From positions 142,848,001 through 142,912,000 of the forward strand of contig OZ320313.1 of assembly GCA_976226885.1 (NCBI GenBank): DNA of 64,000 bases. The letters are read 5' to 3'. The notes below the pieces were generated by a model. That model was not told the origin of the DNA. It searched no databases and worked only from the letters and a program-made list of their open reading frames with translations. The position numbers were made by a program, and so were the translations under genes. Positions 39,583 to 52,000 of the stretch are shown in pieces; position 1 is the stretch's first letter, and each line of letters starts with the position of its first letter. The stretch is from Iphione sp. A-MEVVRFRX5 (lineage: Eukaryota).

Positions 39583-40362
39583 TCCGAGCGTGCGCACGCG
39601 TGCGTGCGTGCATGCGTGTGTTTTGAACATGCATGATAAATCACACCTTAAGGAACCGAAGTCATCCCTATTTTACATCAAGATGAAGCTAATAAAATTG
39701 CTTTGAAAACCATTACTCGTAATTTCTTTTCGAACAACAGTCATCATGTGCGCTCCTATTTGTAGAACCACAGCCTCGGACCACCAATTAGAGACTATTT
39801 TTTTCGATTATAGTCACGTTTCGTGTAATGAACTTATAACCTACGTGTTCTGTAGCTTGCGTGTACAAAGGTTGGCTTAAATCTTACTCTTAGTTAAAGG
39901 TTACATCACTGACAGCAACATCTAGAACCACGTTTAATGACATAAGTATGCTTCAACTCACACACGGCTAATTAATTATTCCAACGGCTCACTGTCTATT
40001 GTTGTAAATAAACAGGAAATTATTCCAACATTCACCTTCTATTGTTGTAAATAAACAGAACCAATTCACACAGAGCTAACAGATCATTTGGAATGAAATC
40101 CTCGCATGATAACGACTTCCTAAGGATAGTGTTTTGTGCATGCGTGCGCCACTGCTGCACTATGCATGCAAGCGCGCGTCTCTGAGAAAGTGTGTGTGTG
40201 CATTACCTCTCTGTGGGCGTCGTTGTCATGACAACGCCGTAATAGGACTGGCACGATGATGCCTTTAACAATTACATATCATTAAATGGGCATTTAAACC
40301 TAGCCTCCATCTGGTGTACTTGGGCTACGACAATAATGAAACAGAGTTAAAACCTACGGTGG

Positions 40363-40480
40363 CAGAGACAGAGATACAGACAGAGACAGTCTCCGAGACA
40401 AAGAAGGAAAGAGGCGGATAGAGAAAGGATAAAGAGAGGGAGAGAGAAAGAGGCAGAGAGAAAGAGAAAGAGAGAGAGAC
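40363..40480. repeat. AG-rich low-complexity tract
   Basis: Direct reading of the sequence. Confidence 0.85.
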
Positions 40481-40813
40481 AAACAGCCGTTATTCTATGG
40501 GAATAGGATGGGGAGAGAATATGAACTTAAAATGATTTGTAGGTTCCCTTACCACTCAATATTTTCCACGAACTAACATACCGAGAGATAAAATTTATAT
40601 ATATATATATATATCTTTTAGAAGAAATGTGTAAGAGTGTTGAACAACTCCTTCGAAAGACCCCTCTCTGAAGCCATGGAAAAACTGGTAAACAAATTGA
40701 ACAATGTAGATACTCACCGCATACCATTTCATTTTTCATATCTTTAACCAGAACTTAAACATTCAGCCCTCATTCAGCTGTTATTTTATGCTGCCCTCGG
40801 GTTGCATACTACT

Positions 40814-41081
40814 ATTCCTGAGAATGAGAGCAGATTGCCTTGGGTTGTGTCCTACTCCCATTTTGAACAGGCTTCTGGGTTCACTTTGTGCACAGGGGAC
40901 AGATTCCTATACATCCCCAGCCTTTGTGATAATTTGTGGACCACTCTGGGTTGTTTGGGCTACAGTTAATTTAGCTGGTTATGTTCAAGAATCTGAGGCT
41001 CAGGTTTCAACCTGCATGATCTAAAACCTACATAAGTGGACCAGTGCTAGCCAGCACTCTTACCATCTAAGCTAACTTCCC
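40814..41081 (-). mobile_element. tRNA-derived SINE-like element, copy 2
   Basis: A-box-like tagcttagatggtaagag (41074-41057) and B-box-like ggttgaaacc (41012-41003); homologous to copy 1. Confidence 0.6.
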
Positions 41082-41219
41082 ATGATTATATTGTGCAATA
41101 TTTAAACTATTTCTTGTGCTCAGACATTGTCTGTTAAAACAATGTTGAACATTATTTTAAATATAGCGTTAACCTAGCTTTAGTGCAGGGTGATTAGGCT
41201 CTGACGAGCCCAAGTCTTG

Positions 41220-44200
41220 AAGCAGAGGAGAGCACAGGTCCAAGATGCTCTTCCATGCTGAGGAGTTCCATGATGACGTCATCAGTAATTCAGGTGAACA
41301 ACACATAAGGGGATGTTGGCTATAGCAAAACAGTATACAGATGAGGACAGTGTTAATCGAAGAGCAATGCAGGGCTGGGTCCAAATCAGGTGGGAACCTG
41401 TTCTCTCTTCTGCTTTGAGACTTAGGCTCCTGAGAGTCTAAGTTACCTGTGCTAAAGCTAGGATAACTACATAACTCTGACATGCCATCTTTCTACAAGG
41501 AGAGAACAGGTCTGAGATGTTTAGGACTGGCAAACATTCCCAAGGAGATCAACAAATCAACCCTCATGAACAGTAGCCATACTCACATTAGACAATAGAT
41601 GTATACTTCAATAAAATCGATAAAATTCTCATCTACCCAAACTCATGAAGAGCCCAGCTTGGTCCCCCAATCCCCATGTGTTTAGTATGTCATGTACTCT
41701 CGAACATGGGTTACAAAACACAAAGCAAGTTCCCGAGTAAAAGAGATTGAGGACAATATGACTAGGCTAATTCTCTGGACTATTATGCTTCAACAGAGAG
41801 GAGAAATTAATCTGCAAGCAATTTTCCCCAAAACAGTCTGAAGTCTATTACATGATGGTAAGAGAATCAACTGTTTTCAAGGTAAGGTTTTTAAGGGATA
41901 AGGATGAAGTCAGGAACCAGGACTGGTGGTGTCCCAGAACTACCTTAACATCCCATGTATATTCAAGGCTGACCTGAGGAGGTCGCACATTAAATATACC
42001 AGCCATCACCCTATTTGTCAGATGATGTTGACCAAAAAGGAACTTGCCAAACATCGTAAAGATAGCAGACAGAGCATCAGAGACTTGTCAATGCATCACT
42101 TGAGAAGAAAGCTGTCAAGAGTGGTGTTGTACTGATGTCCCGAACATCTGTGTTCTTCTAAACATTGAGGAGGTTGTCTTGTTTGGCTGGGACCTGTATC
42201 ATGGCTTGTGGATGGTCTTGGCAAAGGCAGCCATACCACCTCTGCACTTGCCACCTTAGGATGACCAGGATCGCATTCATCAGTTTGTGTAATAGCTTAG
42301 GAGATATCAAAGAGAAAGGAAGAAACAAATACATCAGTTGAAATTGTCTCCAATCACAATAAAAAATGTCCACAAATTTGGCGTCCAGATGCAGTCTCAA
42401 ACTGGCATATGACTTGAGCTAGGCCGTAGTTCTGGAAGTAAACAAGTTGATGTGTGAACATCTCCAGGCATCCACAATGACCTTGAACAGTGACGGATGT
42501 AATTGCCATTCTGTGTCTTTAATTGAAGTTGCACAATAGGTAATTGGCTCCAATGCTTTCCGCACCTGGGATATGGACCATGACTGCCCAGGCTTGTCAG
42601 GCTTAAAAAAATGCAAGATTTTCCTTGCTATATTATTGCAAAGTAAAGACTTCATCCCACCTTGCTTATGTAGGCTAGGGCAGTGGTATTATCAAACTGG
42701 ATCAGGACCTCAAATTGTTGTTGGGAAGCAAAGAACATCATAAATCCTAGCAAAATGGCTTTCAGGTCCAGTGCATTGATATGCCTCTGGTAACCACTTT
42801 CCTCCTGCGGAGATGGAAGCAGTCACCTTTCCCCACCCCAAGTCAGATGCCACCATGAACGAGAACTCTTCAGGTCAATCAGTTGGAAGATGAATGTCAC
42901 TGAGCCAGCAAAGCAAGTCAGCTCTACAATTAAGGTACAAAGTCATGGAAGCTTTGAAGTTCTTGCCATTCTTAATCAGAGTGATCTTGTCCTTTTCCAA
43001 TGCTTTATGCTGACTGAATCCATATTGTGCTGCTTTTGTTAGGTCCATAATGCCTCCCATGAGCACAGTGATATGTCTGACTGAGAAAAAAACCCTCGGA
43101 GAACTTTTTCAATATGCGGGACAATCTTGTCAACCTTTGATTGTTGCAGAGTAATCATCATAGTCACTGAATCCAGGCAGTAATCCAGGAATGTTAACTA
43201 TTGTGTTGGAAAAGGAGAAGACACCTTCTATTTTATGTCAAACCTCAGTTCAGCAAACTAGTCAGTTACAACCCAAACTGACTCAGAAAAGCTCGTTGGT
43301 GAAGGAGTCACTATCAACAGATTGTCGAGACAGGCTAAGACATCACATCCTTGCTCATGCAATGTGCCTAAAGATCGCTTGAATAGTTTAATGAAAATTC
43401 TAGGTACTGATATAAGGCCAAAAGACATGACCGCATACTAAAAATACCATCCACTGTAAGAAATTGCAAAAAAAATTTGATCGGGATGAACAGTTCTTGT
43501 GGAGGGGTTGTGTATGATTGAAAGGTATCCATCTTGAAAAGGATGAAAGTCATGAACTTATTCAATTCTGACAAGTCTAGGCTGAGAAGCTGCGCCTCTG
43601 GGATAATCCTAGCACTCAGAGGGTAAGGCCTGTAAAGCTAAAACCTGCCCCTGCCACATCTATGACCATCTCCACAGTTGAATCGGCCTCTGTCAGATCT
43701 GCCAACCTTGGGTCACTCCACTTTCTTTGTGAATTCGGTAACCGTTTCCAGCATCTTCAGTAATGCCTCCAAGTTATCATTGAAGAGTAGCTTATATGAA
43801 TATCAGCATGTCTCCCCTTGATGAGCTCACTGTTTGTGCCTCCATAAATAATTATGGCATCCAGCATCGTGTTCAGAATCAGTTGAAGTGACCTATCCTT
43901 CTGTGTAGCTTGCATCAGCATGGTAGTACTTTTTACCATAGATGATGGCATCGAAATGCAGCATTGCCTGGATTTTTTGAAGAACCTTCTCTCATTGCTT
44001 CTATACCCTCAGAAGTGTGGGCCAAACTTCTACATTAGCTGTTCTAGGGTAAGTTTTTATTTTCTTGTTAATTTTCACCACATCCCACATAAAATGTAAT
44101 TTCATAATGAAGTCCATGATATCTTTGGCAATCTCTAGCCCAACAGACTCGTCTTTGTCAAGTTGGTCCTGATGTTCAACCAAAAATTCTGACAGCAAAC

Positions 44201-45210
44201 CTTCTTTGTCGGACACCTGATGTGGTGTGCAGTTGTTTAGGAATAGCTCCCAAATCAGCCTAGTTACCTCGTCATCTGACTCATCATCCAGAGGGACCTA
44301 ATTGAGCAGGATACATGCCCTTGAAACCTCTTGATCATCATCATATAATCCCTGTATACCCGAGTTTATGGCCTCAGTAAAGGATGAGAATTTGCTCTTG
44401 AAATCCTTTCTAAACGCTGTCATCCCCTCTTGAAAACCAGCTCAAGTCTGGTTTAGCACGATAATGGCATGCTTCATAGCAGCCCTAGGTATTTATACTC
44501 TCATCCTTGGGACAGTCACTTTCTCTTTGGCAGGATGCTTACATATTTTTAGGGTTGGCCTTAGAAACACCCTTGTGTTTTGTGGGGGAGTTATTTCATT
44601 TCAGTGTCTTAAGGCTGATTGTCAACCATCCTATGCAAGGATACACAACTGCTAAAACCCAAAAATGAATAGGCATCCTATGCAGTCAGCTTTGCCTAAA
44701 TTCACCCTGCAGGGATAAAAAAAAACTATGAATAACTTATAAAAAAGCAATAATGGAATAATAATGGAATCTCTATTTACAACCACCACTTGGGACCAAG
44801 CTAAAGTGGTCGTAATGGTGAATATGGTCATAAATAGATTACTGTTAACTACAGAAATCAATACTTTGGTTCCAGACTGTAGTGGTTGTAATAGCAAGAA
44901 TGGTCGGCAATTGATGTGGTCAGAAATTAAGACTCCACTGTATAAATAATGGAATGTTCTCACCCGGGCCGACTTGCTATCTGTTCATCATGGAGTCTAG
45001 TGTTTTGGAACTGATGACATCATTATGGAACCCTTCAGCATGGAGGGGCATCTTTGACCTGTTCTGTCCTTGTGGAGAGACGGCATGTCAGAGTTCACAA
45101 ATGATGCTGTCAATAGAGGTCAACTGGGGACCAACCATCTACATCACAATGAATGTCCATGCTTTCACCTTGATAATCACGTCATTACTACGGCTGCCCT
45201 CGGGGTAACC
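41220..45210 (-). mobile_element. Degenerate DIRS1-like tyrosine-recombinase retrotransposon
   Basis: Minus-strand fragments: gag-like (44001-44216), RT-like LNKFMTFILFKMDT, RNase H/methyltransferase-region WQLHPSLF...NLFTSR, and recombinase-like GIFNVRPP...TWDVKVVL...LKNLTLK. Inverted terminal segments: 45049-45095 vs 41473-41519 and 45010-45061 vs 41235-41286. Confidence 0.85.
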
Positions 45211-46217
45211 CATTCCCATTACTAGATCGGGTCAACGCGACGTACAAGGACACACAGAGAAGCCAAGAGGATATAGATTTAGATGAGATAGATATGGCCA
45301 TATCTCTATGCCTACAACACCTGTGATGGATATTACCTGTTGCTACGTTACGTAAGCCAATGCAAGAATGTTAACAGCAGGGGGTCCTACTCTGATTAAA
45401 GGTAATATGTACCATTTCCTACCATTAGAATTTCCCTACAAGTTGGTCTGCTGGGAGAATCCGTTAAATATTATTATAATGAGATAGGACCTGTTTCTTA
45501 AATTTATAAACAAAGAGGAGATCAGAAAACTAACATTGTCTAGGCACTTATTACACACGATATGAGGTACATACCATCCTCCGAATACATACATGTACTT
45601 ATTCAATTTTAAACACGTATTTTATCACTTACATTTGCTGTGCTAAAGAGACATTAAATCATAAATAAGACACATCGTCGCTACGTGACGTCGATCCCCA
45701 GATTGTGTGGTACCGTTACGAATGTGATATCAATAAAATAATTACGGAAGTCGTTCATATGCCCCCTTCATATTAAAACATCAGTTAATTCATCACGGAG
45801 TTCGTGCAACCCAACATTCATGCCATATGCATGGCAATTATTACAATGTGACCGTCTTCCCAATTTGCTTGTGGCCACAGGATGTGCTTCTGTCGTGTGC
45901 TTAAATAAGCAGCACAAATACACATGTATACGCACGCACGCACGCATTATAAGCATAAGTTAATAGGAATTCCTCTTTTGGGTTAATGGAGTGAACGGCT
46001 GCATAGACATCGGAAAACATCCCGCGGGTAGGTTGATTAACTCTTAGAGTGATGTATACAGAACCTTTGTCCTGGGACTCATATTTCAAAAATTACAAGT
46101 TTACCTATTTATGTCACACTTTGTCACCCTCTTTGTTCCTTTAGCCGAATGAGGGCACGGATTTTTTTACTGTGCTATGTTCATTCAAGGTTTTCGTTGC
46201 ACCTCGGACCCCCAAAA

Positions 46218-46700
46218 CGAGTGCATGAGTACAAGTACCTTGGTCTGACTGTTGATGACAAACTTACTTTTCAGAAATACTGTAATTAATTATGACTGAT
46301 TAAGGAAACAAAGCTATGCTATGGTAAGAACTGGGATGTATCTGCCAAAAAAATATAAAAGTAATGTTGGTAAAAATGCATCTTAAGTCTCATACAGGCT
46401 ATGCTGATATTATTTGGTCTCATGTAACAAAAAAGAATATTGACTACACATGTATTTGCAGAGATTTGTAACTAGATCTTTACAAAATGCACTTAATGTA
46501 CCTAAACTGACACCAACAATACAGGTTTACGAGGAAGCTGATGCAATGTTCATAAGAAACAGAATTGCATACATGTATGTTGAATGACGCTGACAAGGTT
46601 CCCCAAGAGCACTTGAATACAGTTTGAGAGAAAAAAATTAAGGTTTTTGAATATCCTAAAGAATCGACTGGTTATACTTCTAAGACTTCTTATTACACAA
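46218..46700 (+). mobile_element. 5'-truncated CR1/L2-type LINE fragment (C-terminal RT region)
   Basis: Translates RVHEYKYLGLTVDDKLTF and, after frameshifts, GYADIIWS. Confidence 0.65.
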
Positions 46701-47037
46701 TGATCAACGGAATAGATGGAAGCTATATTCAAATGTCGTTGACACTGTTGCTGAATTCAAACGAGACCTTTACAAAAATTAGATCAACTGGGCACCAGTA
46801 AATCCACAGTTATAAATTTGTATTATGCCACTATCCCTACAATAATTACAATTTTACAGTATATCCCTAGTACCATATGTGAAAATGTTGTTTTACTACA
46901 TGCAATAATGATCAATTTATACGTCACTTTTAAATTTATGTGTATTGTGTACGTAACTTATTTAAGACAAAAGACATCCAACTACCCGAGTTCCAGTTTT
47001 GGGAATTATATTTAGACTTGGTACTTTACAAGAGGAG

Positions 47038-47070
47038 CAACGTTTCGTCCAACATAGTGGACTTCTTCAG
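47038..47070 (-). mobile_element. Possible Penelope-like terminal remnant
   Basis: Minus strand ctgaagaag...cgaaacgttg resembles Penelope terminal motifs; very short. Confidence 0.3.
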
Positions 47071-48441
47071 ACTAACTGTTTAAATTGTACTATGTAATTA
47101 CCTAAACTGGCACATGCATATATATATATTTAAAATCAATTAGTTGCATATGCAACTTCCGCTGAAAACAAGCACTTGGTGCTGATGTGGTTGTTGTAAA
47201 AATGTTGAAATTTAAAAAAAAACGATATACAGTATCCATATGTTGGAGACATCATCAAACCTACGAAACCCAGGATGCAAATATCCGAGTCTGCATACGA
47301 TATGGGGAGCAGGCGACCACGTCACGATACGTGACAATAGTGGGTCTCTAAACTATGACCAGGAATTTTTTCGGCAGGATCAATTAGTGTCTCGTCGTGA
47401 TGTAGGTCTAAACCTATATAAACAGGGAAAATTCTGCGTACTTTCCTCTTACCAAAGGTTTTCATGACTGCGAGCTTGGGGTGGGGGTGGGGGTCATCTG
47501 GAGCGGGACAGATGACGTAAATGATACACCTACTTTCTACGGTTCACGTCAGTCTGAGATGAAAGCTTTTTTCCCTGTCATCAGGACTACACACTGTTTA
47601 TTTAAGTTCTCTCGGTCTTCCATTGTCGCATTCTCTTTTCAACAACTGAAAGTAAAGAGCATATTTGTCTGTCTGCCCATGTGACCACCTCTATCTGTGC
47701 CTTTTTGTATCAGTGTCTGACAGTCTGTCTGTCTGTCTGTCTGTCTCTGTTCGAATCGGGACTAAGTAAATGGAGATGGTCCTATTTCAATAAGTACAAC
47801 GACAAGAAATACATATACATGCACACGTATTTCGTCCCCTTAAGGCCTTGGTTGTCCTTAAATATACGGTTATTACCTTGGCACAAGTGCACATACATGT
47901 ACATGCATCTTCTTTTCTACGTTTCCTACATGTTATGACACTAATATACCTTTAACTGGGCACAGACATTTGGAGATAAGCAATGGTCTGCAATATTGAT
48001 GGCTACAACACAAGGTCAGAACGGCATCCTGTTAGTGTATTATCGGATAATCACTACTGGTAATTTAATGGAATAAATGTACTTGCTATTGAATGCTCTA
48101 CCTGTAGTGATGTGCTGCCATTCATGATTGCAAAGTTATCATAAAACTGTATCTATTCATTCAACGTTGTGATGCCACTGATACAATGAATGCCATTAAT
48201 ACAAAGTGCATGTATTATAGTGCAGATGTGTCGCTTGTAAAGGACCACGTTCAAATGTGGATTCTTGCATCGATTTTTTTTTTAAATTCTCATCCGTCCG
48301 CTACCACCTTGATTTCCTTCTGTCTGTCCGGCTGTCTTTTTCCTTCTCTACTTATCTGTCTGTCCGTCCGTCCCTTTATTTTCACCATGATAATCATCGC
48401 CCAGGCTTCCCTTCACTACAACAAAGCAAAAGTCCTCTCAC

Positions 48442-48702
48442 CTTCCGCTTGAACAGTGTAAAGTTGACATTGCAAGCATCGCACAACATGCTGCCGGAGT
48501 CTGCATTCGACTGGCCGGAGTGCTTGGCGTTGGCGCGGGCTGGCGGTGGATGCTTTCGTTGGTTGTTGGTCTGCGGGCGGCGGTTAGCGGCCGGCGAGCC
48601 GCTGCCACCGGTCGACGAGCCGCTGCTGTGGTGGCTGCTTCTGCTCGACTTCTTCGTGTCGTCGTTGTCTGGCTGCTGCCCGCGAACCGCTCCCGCACCC
48701 AT
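48442..48702 (-). CDS. RNF34: RNF34/RFFL-like E3 ligase, first coding exon (N-terminus + first half of FYVE-like domain)
   Basis: MGAGAVRGQQ (cf. human RNF34 MGTGAVRGQQ)...LCDACNVNFTLFKRK|gtgaga. The six exons total 1200 nt = 399 aa + stop. Confidence 0.93.
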
Positions 48703-49033
48703 AGATGCTCCACTGGGGGAGTGCCTACGGTGGTCGTCAGGTTGCGTGGGCCGGCACGGTAGTCGATGTGGCCGTGGTGTGACGGAAGGGCAGCAAAACC
48801 AGAGGCCAGACGGACCTTCGTCCCTTCACAGCCCAAACAAGCCAGCCCGTTTTTAATCTCGTGATCCTGACGTACTGGTTTAAGTTATGCACCGACTTGG
48901 TTCAAACGATTTTATGTCGAAGTCACACGATTTAGCACCGCAGGAAGTCTCGGGAGACCGGTTGAATGTTCAGCTTCCTTGTCCTTAGTGCGTTTGTAAG
49001 TTTGGGAGTTCAACAAGTAAAGCTCAGCGTCAT
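48703..49033 (-). promoter_or_regulatory. Probable RNF34 5' UTR portion of this exon, with a short uORF
   Basis: Strong acceptor gtcttttcctttcag| at 49034. The only ATG in these 331 nt is at the exon start (uORF 49033-49010, MTLSFTC*). Confidence 0.55.
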
Positions 49034-52000
49034 CTGAAAGGAAAAGACCTGTTTAATAATATTCTTACACAAAAGAAAATCAAATGTCTTTTGGAGTTCA
49101 CCGGATAGAAGGTCCGCTCATAAAATAAGCTATTTTCTTACCTAGTGTATAAAATCAACAATCATGACAAGAAGCAGGGGAAATTCGAAATATTTCATTT
49201 GCATATACATGTATATCACTCCGACTTGTTAAAGGAGCTTGAATGTACATACATATCTATACTATCAATGCTATAAGTGGAAGTCTATGGAATCTGAACA
49301 CAAACTGTGATATGGTCATTCTCCACCTTCACTGATAAGTAATTTGTGTCGTGATAACATGCATTTAGAGTATCCTAACATTCCTTAAAAACCAGTTCTA
49401 AGATATGAACGCTGTTCCTTCCTTAAAATGCGTCTACGTGTAGACTTGATCCTTTGATATGTCACTTCTTAAGTTGGAAAAATCGAGTCCTTTTATATGT
49501 AGTTCAGGTCCTGATGAGTTAAATGCAAATGCTGGTTGAACACAAATTATGATCATCAGGATGCAATATCATACTAAAGAATGCGTACATTGGATCTCAT
49601 CAATAAGGTGATAAACCCATAAGATCATGACAGAGGGTCATACTGTCGGACAACAGCAATCCTAAAGTCCTCCTGCTCCTCTTGGAGGCAGGAAACACAT
49701 ATAATCCCCACTTTGAGGTATCGTCCAATGCCTTATTGTAAACTATTAACACCATAACCAGCTTGTTCCGTGACCAACATTCACGTCCCCACCAGACGAC
49801 ACATCACTTTTAATGTGTTTCTACATTCTACGGTCTTGAATGGATTCAAGACCTTGAATGACTCTTTAGTACCAGTCTCAAATAGATTATAAGCCATATG
49901 CACCCAAGAAATGTACAATGACTTTTATATTCGAATCAACAGAGCACATCTTCAGCCATTTTGGCTGGTTTTCAGATGGCCTGCCTACTACTACAGTGGA
50001 AACTCTACTTGCGATCACTGTTATCTGCAACCATTCTTTATTTCAGACCATCGAATGTAGGAACAAAAATCTTGATTTTTATACACTTAATACTCTATTC
50101 GCGACCAAATTCACCAAATGACCATTTGATCTTGGTACCAAGTGGTGGGCACAAATAGAGTCTCGACTGTATTTTTATTATTGAGCGTTAGTCGTATATC
50201 TATCTAATGCCATGTTCTTCAGACTTTTGTCTTTCAAATTTACAATTCGAGACTGACATGATTTATTACAAGTTTGACAAGGATTGATATTAATGAATAG
50301 AAAGGTCTTCTCTGATACAATACTGTATTACTACTCTAAGAATAATCTACTCTAATACAATGCTACATAACTATGCTAAGAGTTTTAAGTATGTTAAAAT
50401 TCAGTTTCTAAAGTGATGTGTAATATGTAAGGAATGGGGGTATAAATAGTGGAAACTTCTCTGTGTGGAAAATGTCAATAAGATGAAAAAGATCAAGATT
50501 CATAAATCTTTGAAAAGTGATACTGTATCATAGTAATTTTCATAAGATTGTATTAATGTACATGTATGTTGTTTTCCATGTATAGCCATTATAAGCTACA
50601 CTGGAGGGAAATTTCAGCTCAGCATAATATGTATCTTTTAGTTTATAGGTATTTTCTCTTTTAGTAATATCCTGTTGTATTAAAGAATGGTAATGAAACA
50701 GGACTCTGTCCATAACTGCACTTTAGACCTCAGAGTTCTATCCTCTACTTATTTTGTACGTAAATTTACAGATATACTTAAACATGTTAATTTAGTTAGT
50801 AATTTATGATCCACAGTATTGAAAGCTATATACATGCCCATGTATACATTATGTGAAAGAAAAATCCCTACACAATAAGACACACGACAAACTTCTTTAT
50901 CTGGAGACCAAAAATCATGATTTACTCATTATCCAGATGAATTACCAAGGATAATTCAACATAACTACTAGCTCGAATCTATCAAATATCGATGGATAAT
51001 GTTTGTTTTGACTCAACTATGAATGGCTAGCTTCACTGGACACCTCCCAGTAATAACAGTATATTAATTCAGACCTTATAACGTACCCGAAAATGTTTAA
51101 ATCTTTATATTCCACACTCCGACTAAAAGTAGAGGTGAAGCCAATCATACACATATTAAACCGATCGTACGTATCTAGGAATACGGTCCATAGACAATGG
51201 GAGAAACAGGTAGCGATGACACCACTCTTACTCTTTACTTAGGACAGTTACTTCACCTGTCAGAGTCAGTGTACGTGTCAAAACAAGTTCATTATGACGT
51301 TTATAGCAGAACCTCACTATGATATGTGCGACTGGTCAATTGGTGGATGCTTTATTATAACATAAACTAAAATGGCATTTGTAGTGGGACGGTTGACAGT
51401 CCAGCGAAGGGCCAATACGTGAGTACATGTATATACCAACAACTTTCAGATACAATCCGGTCCCTAGCTACCTGAGTTACTAGCAGTAATTATCTGACAA
51501 TATTATGCAAAGTATAACTGCAGCCAGTGACGTAGAAGAAAGCAGATATTGCACATCAGTGTTGCTCGGTGGGTACTGCGCCAGGGACCTCTAAGTAACA
51601 ACTGGCACATCAAAAATTCTACCTGAATTTCCACCAAAACTGTACCTGTCCTGTGGGGCAGCATTACAGCTGCCTGTAGTAGAAACTGAAAACCTTTGTT
51701 GTATGACTCTATGTTCTGTTGGTATCGATCAGCATCTGGATGGCGAGAAGGAGCGAAACCAATACAATAATAAACGCTGTAGGTACACGAAGAGTACAAT
51801 GAAACAATAAGGTATGCCTTTATTAAACAATCCTCTTAGAGTAAAACCTCAATTACGAAGTTGCCTTTCTGTACTTACTTTATGGTCTGAAGGCACTGTG
51901 TACTAATTATTTTAACGTAAGTTACTGAAAATGCGGGGAACAAATGCTCACGTGTATTATGTTAGAATATTTTTTTTATTAATGCCTCAAGTTAAAAACC

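Noticed and set aside
48257-48856. 199-aa plus-strand ORF
   Set aside because: It is an antisense shadow of the GC-rich RNF34 exon.
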